From Candidatus Multivoradales bacterium (GTDB lineage: Bacteria; Acidobacteriota; Thermoanaerobaculia; Multivoradales; JAHEKO01), in the NCBI GenBank assembly GCA_965223855.1, contig CBDCXM010000009.1, forward strand, positions 2,592,001-2,656,000: a stretch of 64,000 nt of DNA. Reading direction: 5' to 3'. This document shows positions 27,113-38,681 of the stretch, piece after piece. The notes under the pieces were generated by a model that was given only the letters and a program-made list of their open reading frames with translations, did no database searches and had not been told where the DNA came from. The position numbers were made by a program, and so were the translations under genes. How positions within the stretch are numbered: position 1 is the first letter of the stretch; the number at the start of each line of letters is the position of its first letter.

Positions 27113-28391
27113 GGCGCCCGTGGCCGCCGAGTCCGAACGCTCGTCGCGGGCGATCTACGCTCGGACGCTCCTCGCGATAGGTCTCGTCGGACTGGCTGCG
27201 GTGCTGATCTTCAGGATCCTGACCATCGCCTTCGACGCCAGCGCGGAGACCATTCTCGGCAGAGTGACCGAGGCGCGAGCCGCCCTTCCCACGATCGTCG
27301 CCGAAGACGAGGATCTGGCGATGGTCTTCGGGTCCTCGATGGTCGATGCCGGCTTCTCGCCGAGGCAGTTCGATCGCGAGCTGGAGGAGCGGGGAGTCGA
27401 TCTCAAGTCGTTCAATTTCGGCTTCGGCGGGCTCAATCCGTACTTCCAGGACTTCTGGGCTCGGCGGATCCGGGAGAGCTTCGAGCAGGCCGATCGCAGA
27501 CTCGAGCTCGCCGTGATCGAGTTCAACCCCTTCCAGACCACGCAGGCGCGCTGGAACGGGGCGTTGCCGGCGGTCGATTCGTTCCTCGTGATGCTGGCCA
27601 GCCCGAGCGAGATGTGGGAGATCCTGCTCGAGGATCCGACCCGGGGGATACGGCTCTTCACCATCCGCTACCTGCGCAACGACATCTCGGCGGAGATGAC
27701 GACCTCGTTCTTCGGCCGTCCCCTGAGGCCGAGTCGACCGCGTAGCACCCTGCCACGCGACGAGGAGGCTGAAGCACGTTTGCGGGAGCTCGGCGAGGAG
27801 TTGGGCCGCCGTCTGGACGAGGACTACCCGGAGTATCCCGATGCGAACTGGTACTACCCGTGGCAGGGGTCCGGCACGTTGCCCGAGGAGCGTTCCGAGG
27901 AAACGCAGCAGGTCTACCACGACTACTACGAGGTACTCCGCGGCGAGCGCTATCTCGACGACGACAAGCTCAACCGCCTCCACTGCTGCGACGTCGAGGG
28001 CCTGCACTTCGAGCCGGTGCTCGTCGAGGCGTTCATCCGTGTCGTCGAGACGTTCCAGCAGTTCTCGGAGCGGGTCGAGGTGATCATGCTGCCGCGCAAC
28101 ACCGACTGGATCGAGTACTCCCCGGAGGCGCGCGCCCGGCTCGAGGAGGCGATCGCCCGCATCGAGAGTGGGACCGGGATCCCGATCCGCGACTTTCAGG
28201 ACCTCGACGAGATCACCCCCGAGATGTTCAGCGACACGACCCATCTCGCGCGGTACTCCGGCAACGTGGCGTTCACGAGCTTCCTCGCCGAGCGCTACGC
28301 CCCGATGCTCGGGGGCTCCTCGGAGCCGATCGACCAGGAGGGCGTCGCGACGGAAGAGCCGGCCGCTGCGGGCGAGACTTCGGGAGGTTGA
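27087..28391 (+). CDS. Membrane-anchored SGNH-like partner of the MBOAT (AlgJ/DltD/DUF1574-like)
   Basis: Overlaps the MBOAT 3' end; N-terminal TM segment; FGSSM (Ser), FNFGFGG and SDTTHL (DxxH). Confidence 0.72.
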   Translation: MSSSTSSSEAPVAAESERSSRAIYARTLLAIGLVGLAAVLIFRILTIAFDASAETILGRVTEARAALPTIVAEDEDLAMVFGSSMVDAGFSPRQFDRELEERGVDLKSFNFGFGGLNPYFQDFWARRIRESFEQADRRLELAVIEFNPFQTTQARWNGALPAVDSFLVMLASPSEMWEILLEDPTRGIRLFTIRYLRNDISAEMTTSFFGRPLRPSRPRSTLPRDEEAEARLRELGEELGRRLDEDYPEYPDANWYYPWQGSGTLPEERSEETQQVYHDYYEVLRGERYLDDDKLNRLHCCDVEGLHFEPVLVEAFIRVVETFQQFSERVEVIMLPRNTDWIEYSPEARARLEEAIARIESGTGIPIRDFQDLDEITPEMFSDTTHLARYSGNVAFTSFLAERYAPMLGGSSEPIDQEGVATEEPAAAGETSGG

Positions 28392-28419
28392 GCCGACGGC
28401 GCTGAGCCGAGGACGACGA

Positions 28420-29298
28420 TCAGGCGATCGAGAACTCGATCGCCGAGAGGGTCGCCACATCCTCGGAGGTGAGCTCCACCTGCGCGGCCGACAGGCTGTC
28501 GCGAATGTGCTCGATGCGGCGCCCGGCGGGAATGACGATCACGCTCTTCCCCTGGTGCAGCACCCAGGCAAGCACGGCGACGTGGGGTGAGACCCCGAGG
28601 CGCGAGGCGACCTCGAGCAGCTCCGTCATCTGCGGCAGCTTGCGGTTGAGACGCCCGCCGCCGACCGGGCTGTAGGCGAGGAACGCGAGCCCCTCCCGGT
28701 CGCAGTAGTCGACGACACCACCGGTGACCGACTCCCGGAAGAAGGGATTCAGGCGGTTCTGAACGCTCTCGATCGCGGTGATCGACCTCGCCTCCTCGAT
28801 CTCCGCGACACCGACGTTGGAGAGGCCGAGCCAACGGATCTTTCCCTCGTCCCGCAGCTCGGCGAGTTGACCGACGCTCTCGGCGAGCGGCACCTGCGGG
28901 TCGGGTGCGTGGAGCTGGTAGAGGTCGATCCGGTCGATCCCGAGCGCGAGCAGGGAGCGGTCGCAGGCGGCGCGCAGATGCTCCGGTCGGGCGTCGTTCT
29001 GCCAGCGCCCGTCCGGTCGCACGAAGCCGCCCTTGGTCGCGACGACGATCGAAGCCCGATCCCCCTGCCACTCGGCGAGAGCGCGAGCGATCAGCCGCTC
29101 GTTGTGGCCGGCCTCGCCCTGGTGGAGACAGTAGGCGTCGGCGGTGTCGATCAGTGTGACGCCGCCGTCGAGGGCGGTGTGCAGGGCGCGCACGGCATCC
29201 GTGACGCTCGGCCTGCCGTCATTGTCGGAGAGCGGCCAGGCTCCGTAGCCGACGATGCCGACCGAGGGAGCGTCCGGGCCCAGGGCTCGTGTCTTCAT
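28420..29298 (-). CDS. Aldo/keto reductase
   Basis: IDTADAY, VATKGG, IDLYQLHAPD, GLSN and AYSPVGG; ATG at 29298. Confidence 0.92.
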   Translation of the reverse strand: MKTRALGPDAPSVGIVGYGAWPLSDNDGRPSVTDAVRALHTALDGGVTLIDTADAYCLHQGEAGHNERLIARALAEWQGDRASIVVATKGGFVRPDGRWQNDARPEHLRAACDRSLLALGIDRIDLYQLHAPDPQVPLAESVGQLAELRDEGKIRWLGLSNVGVAEIEEARSITAIESVQNRLNPFFRESVTGGVVDYCDREGLAFLAYSPVGGGRLNRKLPQMTELLEVASRLGVSPHVAVLAWVLHQGKSVIVIPAGRRIEHIRDSLSAAQVELTSEDVATLSAIEFSIA

Positions 29299-29357
29299 CG
29301 GCTCAGCATACCCCTCCGCGTCGGTGCGCCCGGAGACGGCGGAGACCCCGGCCGGAG

Positions 29358-30686
29358 TCAGAAGATCTGGCGCGATCGCACCGTCAGATTCCCCAGCAGC
29401 AGGCCGGTGACGATCGAGAACGCCAGCAGGACCATCGTGAATCCGGCCTCGATCCCGGAGACGACGTCGTTCGCCAGCAGCGACGAAACGCTGCGGAAGC
29501 CGAGGCTGCCGGGCACCAGCAGCAGGATTCCCGGCAGGATCGCGACTGCCGACGGCCACTGCCACCAGCGGCCCGAGAGATACCCCAGCCAGGTCACGAG
29601 GCAGGCGCCGATCAGCGCCCCCAGCTCGGGTCCGGCGGCGACGCTGCCGAGCCGCGAGCCGGCGAAGCTCACCGTGCAGGCGGCGAGTACCAGCGGCCAC
29701 TGTCGGGGGGCGGCCTGAAAGAGCACAGTGAGACCGGAGGCGATGATGACGAGGCTCACCGCGACCAGCCACCAGGCGAGCGGTTCAGGAGCCGCCGCGG
29801 GTAGCAGCGCGCTGCTGCCGACGGTGTCGAACCACCGTGCAGCCAGTCGGCCGCCGATCGCGATGCCGAAGCCGAGCTGCAGGAAGGCGATCAGCGAGCC
29901 GACGAATCGCGCCGTGCCGCTCACCAGATGGCCGGTCGCCAATTCGCTGACGGCGATCGTCACGGTCAGTCCCGGCACGAGGACGATGAGGCCGGCGAGG
30001 ATCGGTATGAACGGAGCCAGACCGTCGGCGACCTGGACGCCTGCGATCGAGAAGCCGGAGCTGAAGGCGAGGTGGCGCGCGGCCTGGACGGCGAGGACCG
30101 CGACGGCGCCAGCCAGCGTCGGGACGATCACGCCCACCCTCGGCGCCCGGCGCCCCGCTTCGACCAGCAGGCCGATGAGCAGGCCGAGGAGCGACGCGAC
30201 TGCGATCTCGGGCCAGCCGCCATCGAAGAGGGTGGCGGTGGCGCTCGACACGAGGGCGGCGCACACGACGTTGAGCCAGCCGTTGTAGGAACGGCGCTCC
30301 GTGCGCAGCGCTTCGACCTCGCGGGTCGCCTCACCGACCGGCAGCCGGCCGTCGATCACGGCGCGCACGAGCTTGTGCAGATGGGTCAGGCGGCCGAGAT
30401 CGACGACTCCCGGCCGCACTCGAAGCAACATCGTGCGCGGGGCCAGCTCAGGCCCGAACGAGGCGACGATCGAGGTCGGGGTGACGAGGAACTGCGCCGC
30501 GACCCCGAGCTCTTCGCTAACCTGCTCGAGCGCCTCCTCGATGCGGTCGGCCGCCATGCCGTAGCCGTGGAGCGCGCGTGCGAGGCGCATCAGGAAGTCG
30601 ATCTCTCGAGAGGGGCCGGTTGCGGAAACCTCCAACACCTCCGAGTAGACGGTATCGGAGCCCGATCCGGGGTCGGTGACGCTCAT
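29358..30686 (-). CDS. Threonine/serine exporter family (ThrE) protein
   Basis: LHGYGMAADRIE, VLVPGLTVT..SEL..GHLVSG and ILLLVPGS motifs. Confidence 0.88.
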   Translation of the reverse strand: MSVTDPGSGSDTVYSEVLEVSATGPSREIDFLMRLARALHGYGMAADRIEEALEQVSEELGVAAQFLVTPTSIVASFGPELAPRTMLLRVRPGVVDLGRLTHLHKLVRAVIDGRLPVGEATREVEALRTERRSYNGWLNVVCAALVSSATATLFDGGWPEIAVASLLGLLIGLLVEAGRRAPRVGVIVPTLAGAVAVLAVQAARHLAFSSGFSIAGVQVADGLAPFIPILAGLIVLVPGLTVTIAVSELATGHLVSGTARFVGSLIAFLQLGFGIAIGGRLAARWFDTVGSSALLPAAAPEPLAWWLVAVSLVIIASGLTVLFQAAPRQWPLVLAACTVSFAGSRLGSVAAGPELGALIGACLVTWLGYLSGRWWQWPSAVAILPGILLLVPGSLGFRSVSSLLANDVVSGIEAGFTMVLLAFSIVTGLLLGNLTVRSRQIF

Positions 30687-30695
30687 CGGAGGTCC

Positions 30696-32429
30696 TCAGT
30701 TGCCGGAAGCACGGGCGTCGAAGCTTCGCGAATCTGCAGCGCCTTCGAGGAGCCCCGATTCAGGGAGAACGCGGATCGCGTTGGCGGCCCCCTGCCGACG
30801 GCGCGACTCGAGCTGGTGGCCGCGCCCCTCGAGCAGCACCACCGTGTCGGGGGAGAGCGCCCACTCTTCGTGCCGGAGCTCATCCGGGAACCACTGATGA
30901 TGAATGCGTCCCGCCGCCACCGCCGCGCCGATGTTCATGCCGTGATCGAGGACGTTGAGGATCACCTGCAGGGTGGTGTTGATGATCGTCCGTCCCCCGG
31001 GGCTGCCGACGACCAGCACCGGCCTGCCGTCCCGCGCGACGATCGTCGGCGTCATGCTCGACAGCATCCGCTTGCTGGGAGCGATCAGGTTGGGAGTCGT
31101 GCCGATCCGGCCCTCGGTGTTGGTGTCCCCCGGGACCGGGTTGAAGTCGCCCATCTCGTTGTTGAGCAGGAACCCGGCACCCGCGGCGACGAGGCGCGAG
31201 CCGTAGCTGTACTCGAGCGTGTAGGTGAGGGCGACCGCGTTCCCCTCGGCGTCGACGACCGAGAAGTGCGTGGTCTCTTCGCTCTCGGGTCGGAGCTCGA
31301 AGCTTTCGTCGACTGCGCTGGCGGTAGCGCGTTGGGGGTCGATCGAGGCTCGCAGCTGGGCCGCGTGCTCCCTGGACGTCAGCCGCGCCACCGGCATCTC
31401 GGGATTCCACTCGGGGTCTCCGAGGTGGAGTGCCCGGTCGCGAAACGCGCGCCGCATCGTCTCGGTCAGCAGATGCACGTAGGCGGCGGAGTTGTGGCCG
31501 AGCGCTTTCAGGTCGTAGGCCTCGAGCACGTTGAGCATCGTCACGAGGGCGATCCCTCCCGAGCTCGGCGGCGGCATGCCGTAGACGTCGTAACCCCGGT
31601 AGGTGCCGTGGATCGGCCGCCGTTCGACCGCCTTGTAGGCAGCGAGGTCCTCGAGCGTGATCAGCCCGCCCTGTTCACGCATGAAAGCGTCGAGGAGGCG
31701 TGCGGTCTCGCCTTTGTAGAAGCCGTCGCGGCCGTCGTCCCGGATTCGCTCGAGCGTGCGCGCGAGGTCGGGCTGGCGCCAGATTTCGCCGGGCTCGTAG
31801 AGCTCGTTGCCGGGCTTGAGGAAGGCTGCGGCGGTCGCCGGCCAGTCCTCGGCCCGCTTCCGCACCTCCTCCAGGAACGATTGCATCGCCCAGGTCGAAG
31901 GGACTCCGTCGCGGGCGAGGGCCACCGCCGGCTCGATTAGTTCCGCCCACGGCTTCGAACCGAGCCGCTGATGGGCGAGCCACAGCCCGGCGACCGTGCC
32001 GGGAACGCCGACCGAGAGAATTCCTTCGTGATTGGGCTCGCCGGTCAGGACTCCGTCGTCGTCGAGGTAGAGAGTCTCCGTGGCGGCCAGGGGGGCTTTC
32101 TCGCGGAAGTCGAAGGCGGTGACTTCGCCGTCGGCGCCGTGGAACACGAGGAACCCGCCGCCCCCGATGTTGCCGGCCGAAGGGAGCACCACCGCGAGCG
32201 CAAAGGCGGTCGCGACGGCGGCATCGACCGCGTTGCCACCCTGCCGCAGGATCTCCTGCCCGACTTCCGTGCCCAGATAGTGGCTGGACGCCACCATGTG
32301 ATGGCGCGCCTTCGCAGGGGTGCGGCCGCTCTGCGCACCTCCGGGAGAGGCGTCATCCATGACCAAGCATGAAAGAACAGCAAGGGTCGCAACCGACAGC
32401 CCTCGCAGACGACCGGACAATCTCGCCAC
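30696..32429 (-). CDS. ggt: Gamma-glutamyltransferase
   Basis: GGNAVDAAVA, DFREKAP, PPPSSGG, ETTHFSVVD (nucleophile Thr), LNNEMGDF, KRMLSSMTP and GSPGG. Confidence 0.95.
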   Translation of the reverse strand: MARLSGRLRGLSVATLAVLSCLVMDDASPGGAQSGRTPAKARHHMVASSHYLGTEVGQEILRQGGNAVDAAVATAFALAVVLPSAGNIGGGGFLVFHGADGEVTAFDFREKAPLAATETLYLDDDGVLTGEPNHEGILSVGVPGTVAGLWLAHQRLGSKPWAELIEPAVALARDGVPSTWAMQSFLEEVRKRAEDWPATAAAFLKPGNELYEPGEIWRQPDLARTLERIRDDGRDGFYKGETARLLDAFMREQGGLITLEDLAAYKAVERRPIHGTYRGYDVYGMPPPSSGGIALVTMLNVLEAYDLKALGHNSAAYVHLLTETMRRAFRDRALHLGDPEWNPEMPVARLTSREHAAQLRASIDPQRATASAVDESFELRPESEETTHFSVVDAEGNAVALTYTLEYSYGSRLVAAGAGFLLNNEMGDFNPVPGDTNTEGRIGTTPNLIAPSKRMLSSMTPTIVARDGRPVLVVGSPGGRTIINTTLQVILNVLDHGMNIGAAVAAGRIHHQWFPDELRHEEWALSPDTVVLLEGRGHQLESRRRQGAANAIRVLPESGLLEGAADSRSFDARASGN

Positions 32430-32548
32430 GCTAGACTCCTTCCAGACAGCTACAGACTGAACTGCTATTCGGTGATCCTAGCGGAAGTTAGGGAGCTACC
32501 TGACGAGGTGATCCGGTAGCGCATTCTCCGGGAGAAGGGGGAGATTTG

Positions 32549-33847
32549 ATGCGAACGAGTTTATGGATGGTCGTGGGAGTAAGCATGCTCGCCTGTGCAT
32601 TTGAGGAAGCGCCGCAATCCGGTTTGAAGGTGGCCGTCGTCGGAGACGGCCTGCGGGTGCCGACTGGACTGCCGGACGAGGACCGGATCTGGCCGTTGAA
32701 CAGGGCGCAGGGTACGGCGATGTGGAGAGGCGCTAAGGCTGCCTATGATCACTCGCCCCGAGTGCGCGCGGCGCGAGACCACTTTCAGCTGGAAGCAATA
32801 GGCGACGATGGCAGCGACGTACAAGCTGATCGCGTCGCGATGGAGATAGTGAGGGATCCCTCCTATCTCGCGGTGATCGGGCATGCGGCTTCCTCCACCA
32901 CATATGAGGGAGGCAAGCACTACAGCCGCGCTCGATTACCGCTTCTCATGCCAATCGCGACTAGTCCCAGTGCCGTGCATCCTCCGGGGCGTCTCGAAGT
33001 GGCGGCGAGACTTCCCAGAACCTTTAGGTTGGCTCCGGCAGATGTCCCATTTCAGGCCGCGGCCGTCGGCCTGACGCTGAGAGAGCTGGGCGCTTCTTCC
33101 ATTGCGTTGATCGTGGATGATACGCCGGGCGCTAGGCGCTACTCCTTTCCCCTGAAAAACGCCATAGAAGACTATCTGCAGGAGCAGATACGGTTACAGT
33201 TTCCCATCGATAAATTGCAGGCACCGAGTTACTCTGGTCTGATAGATCAGATCTATGGAGAAGATGTCGATGCTGTCGTTTTCGTCGGCTACGCATCGTC
33301 GGTGATTTCGCTTCTAGCAAGTCTGAGGGACTCCTCAAACTCAAATGGTTCCAGACCTGCAGTTATCCTCACAGACGGCTGCAAAGCCCCGGATATTGAG
33401 AAGTTCCTCGAAGGCCTTGAAGTCTATCTAACTTTTCCGATTGCGAGTGTTGCCCGGCTTGACGAGAGTCAGTGCAACCCCGACGATCTAAAGATCTTGC
33501 GGGATGCAGTGTCGAACGAGTCCGAGGAGTCGTATGAGATGTTCGGCTACGACGCCGTTCTACTTGTGGCGCAGGCTGTCGAAGAGTGCGTGCTCCGCGG
33601 CCTAGACCGAGATTGCCTTGCGTCTGTGTTGGAGGATCTCTCGCAAAGAAGCTTCGTCGGGGTCTGCGAGCCCTATAGTTTCCTCGGAGGAGACAATCAA
33701 CATTCGGCCTACTACGTCTATCGCAGCCTTCCCGTTCAGCCTGGTGAGAAGAGCAGCACGAGCCTGTCCGTGTGGCGGAGGTACTCAGGCGATGAGCTGA
33801 GGAGGTTCTCCAATTTGCGTTCGAGATCCGAGGCGAGCGAAGGATGA
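32549..33847 (+). CDS. Branched-chain amino acid (LivJ-type, class I PBP) binding lipoprotein, low GC
   Basis: GGGGAG RBS; lipobox MLAC; AVIGHAASSTT, LLMPIATSP, TFRLAPAD, DAVVFVGY, ILTDG and FGYDAV motifs. Confidence 0.75.
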   Translation: MRTSLWMVVGVSMLACAFEEAPQSGLKVAVVGDGLRVPTGLPDEDRIWPLNRAQGTAMWRGAKAAYDHSPRVRAARDHFQLEAIGDDGSDVQADRVAMEIVRDPSYLAVIGHAASSTTYEGGKHYSRARLPLLMPIATSPSAVHPPGRLEVAARLPRTFRLAPADVPFQAAAVGLTLRELGASSIALIVDDTPGARRYSFPLKNAIEDYLQEQIRLQFPIDKLQAPSYSGLIDQIYGEDVDAVVFVGYASSVISLLASLRDSSNSNGSRPAVILTDGCKAPDIEKFLEGLEVYLTFPIASVARLDESQCNPDDLKILRDAVSNESEESYEMFGYDAVLLVAQAVEECVLRGLDRDCLASVLEDLSQRSFVGVCEPYSFLGGDNQHSAYYVYRSLPVQPGEKSSTSLSVWRRYSGDELRRFSNLRSRSEASEG

Positions 33848-35643
33848 AAGGCGTCTTCAGAGTTCTAGCTTCGCATCTCAGAGTCGGGTACGTAGGTGGA
33901 CTCGTTCTCCTTGATCTCGTCCTTTGGGTTCTGATTCTGTGGGACTGCTTCGCATTGGCAAGAAGAGAAGCTTCCCGGCGGACACTTGAGGCGGCCGCGA
34001 GCTTCGACTATGCGGCGCTGTCGAGAAGCGATCTTTCCAGGCTAGTTCTTATCCTGTTTGTGTTGGTACTTCTACTCCCGATCCTATTGGGAGCGGCTAG
34101 GATCACCTTCTTTAGTAGGACTCATTTCTCAAGGAGGTCCTGGCCAATCCGTGGCCGGGGCAGGGTTGTTTACGGCATTCACTGGCTATTGGCCCTAGGG
34201 TATGTGAGTGGACTGGCGGTACTGCTGCAAGCTGAGCGCTTGTCTGGTGTCCGGATCGTAGGTCAAGAGCCAGAGTTCAGCTATAGGAGCGCTTCAACAC
34301 TCCTTCTCGACGTGAGCAGCAGGGTCGTGGTGGGCGCGGTCGGCCTTCAGCTGTTTGCAATCGTATGTACTGAGGTCTATCAGATAGTCAAGGAGAAGCA
34401 GCGGCGTGCCCCATCCTCCGATAGGCCAGCGACGACCTGGTGGGGCTCGTACAAGAGCAAGACACTTCTTGCAGACCTGAAGAGTGACCTGTACCCGGGG
34501 TATCGAAGAAGCGGAAATTTTAATGCGGCTTCGATGGCCCCTGAACTCAGGGGCGTCAGGCGGAGGGCTCGCGAGCTTTTCGCAAGCTATCAGGCTCAGA
34601 CACCAGGCAGCCTTGCGTCCGGAGAGCGCCTCAACGAACTCTATTCTCGCTGTCAGGAGAAAATAGTCGCTCTCTTAGATGAAGGGACAAGGATGAAACA
34701 GTACCGTCTGGAGATACTGCCAGGTACTGCGCGAGCGCTTGATGTCGCGGTAGGGCGGGCCCGGGGGAGGCGGAAGAGGATCTTGTTGTCCCCGTTTGAA
34801 CACCCCGTCGAGCATGCGGTTGCTCGTTGGTTGGAGATCTCGGCTGGGTGTAAGGTCCATGAGTTCACGAACTTAGAGGATCTGGTGGACAAGCCTTGGG
34901 TTGCAACGATGGAAGCATTCTGCGGAAGCGTTGCCGCTGCGATTGAGGAGTACTCTGAGGCGGGCGAGTCGCCCATCCTCGTTATGAGTGAAGTGGCCTG
35001 GGCGAGCGGCTTGATAGTGCCAGTTCGTGAGGTAGTTGAGGACCTTGACCGAAGGATAGGGAGAGGAAAGTTCCAAGTTATCGTCGATGGCGCCCACGTG
35101 CCGGGTAACTTGGCTGTGGGGCGCGGTCTGGACTGTGCCGACTACTATCTGGCGAGTGCGCACAAATGGATGATGGCTCCAGATCCTTGCGGTTTACTAT
35201 TGAGTAGGCAGGGCGGCGACTTCTTCCCTGTTTATGACGGGTGGAGTGGTCAACTTCCCGAAAGCACTGCGAGCGTTCGACTTGTCTCTGGTCTCCTAGC
35301 CACGCTTGAGCAACTTGGGCCAAGAATGGGATACGTCCGTCAGCGGTCTTCGGAACTTGTAAGGGAGTTTCGGAGAAGGTTGCCGAGTCGGATCCAGGTC
35401 GTGGGCGAGGAGAGCGGTCTTGCCAACTCCTTCATGATGGCGGTCGAGCCTGAGGAGAAACTAGCGTGGCGATTCTCGAGTGCCAAGGAGATCGGGAGGT
35501 TCTGTGAGGCTCGAGGGGTAAGCTTGAATGCAATAGAAGCTCCGCACAATAGGATCTGGCTTCGAGTAGCTTTTCCCTACTTCCATGACGCTGGGAACGT
35601 GCGTAGGCTAGTTCGATGTTTAGAAGCATCCCTGGAGGGTTGA
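33844..35643 (+). CDS. 4-TM membrane protein fused to an aminotransferase class V-fold PLP-dependent enzyme, low GC
   Basis: ATGA overlap with the upstream gene; four hydrophobic helices in about aa 15-180; then FNAASMAP, SPFEHP, SEVAWASG, IVDGAH, ASAHKWMMAP (PLP Lys) and LRVAFPYF. Confidence 0.78.
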   Translation: MKGVFRVLASHLRVGYVGGLVLLDLVLWVLILWDCFALARREASRRTLEAAASFDYAALSRSDLSRLVLILFVLVLLLPILLGAARITFFSRTHFSRRSWPIRGRGRVVYGIHWLLALGYVSGLAVLLQAERLSGVRIVGQEPEFSYRSASTLLLDVSSRVVVGAVGLQLFAIVCTEVYQIVKEKQRRAPSSDRPATTWWGSYKSKTLLADLKSDLYPGYRRSGNFNAASMAPELRGVRRRARELFASYQAQTPGSLASGERLNELYSRCQEKIVALLDEGTRMKQYRLEILPGTARALDVAVGRARGRRKRILLSPFEHPVEHAVARWLEISAGCKVHEFTNLEDLVDKPWVATMEAFCGSVAAAIEEYSEAGESPILVMSEVAWASGLIVPVREVVEDLDRRIGRGKFQVIVDGAHVPGNLAVGRGLDCADYYLASAHKWMMAPDPCGLLLSRQGGDFFPVYDGWSGQLPESTASVRLVSGLLATLEQLGPRMGYVRQRSSELVREFRRRLPSRIQVVGEESGLANSFMMAVEPEEKLAWRFSSAKEIGRFCEARGVSLNAIEAPHNRIWLRVAFPYFHDAGNVRRLVRCLEASLEG

Positions 35644-35968
35644 TGCTGCAGAAGTGGTACAAGATTCACCTGCGTCTTGGAGGGTAGAGCCGGGTAGCGA
35701 GGGGCGGCGTCGAACGCTCGTTGGCGCAGCTGCGGAGTCGGTTCGGAAGAGAGGTCTCGCCACCTTGCGTCGGAGGCCCTGTTCGGGTGTGAGGTCAGGA
35801 ATGGGGCAGCGGTCACGATCTGCGTCGCCTGTGGTACCTTGAGAAAAGTTCTTGCTACAAGGCCGCGCCCGGGATCGTCTCGAGCGCGACTTCCGGCTAC
35901 GCGCAGGAAGAGGCGGGTGAGGAACCGGATGTCGCCCCTTCCTGTCCGATCGACAGAAGGAGACGCAT

Positions 35969-38596
<2,628 letters not shown>

Positions 38597-38615
38597 GCCT
38601 CGAGAGTCCGCAGTC

Positions 38616-38654
38616 TTTTTCGGCCCCCCGGCGACTCCGTCGGGGGGCCGTTTT
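38616..38654. terminator. Rho-independent terminator after the TonB receptor
   Basis: CGGCCCCCCG / CGGGGGGCCG stem (38621-38650) followed by TTTT. Confidence 0.75.
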
Positions 38655-38681
38655 CGTACCGCAGGGAGAAGGGAGCTCGCG

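Noticed and set aside
32430-35860. Integrase, att sites or target-site duplication for the low-GC island
   Set aside because: I found no mobility gene, tRNA or convincing flanking direct repeat by eye, so it is not called a mobile element.
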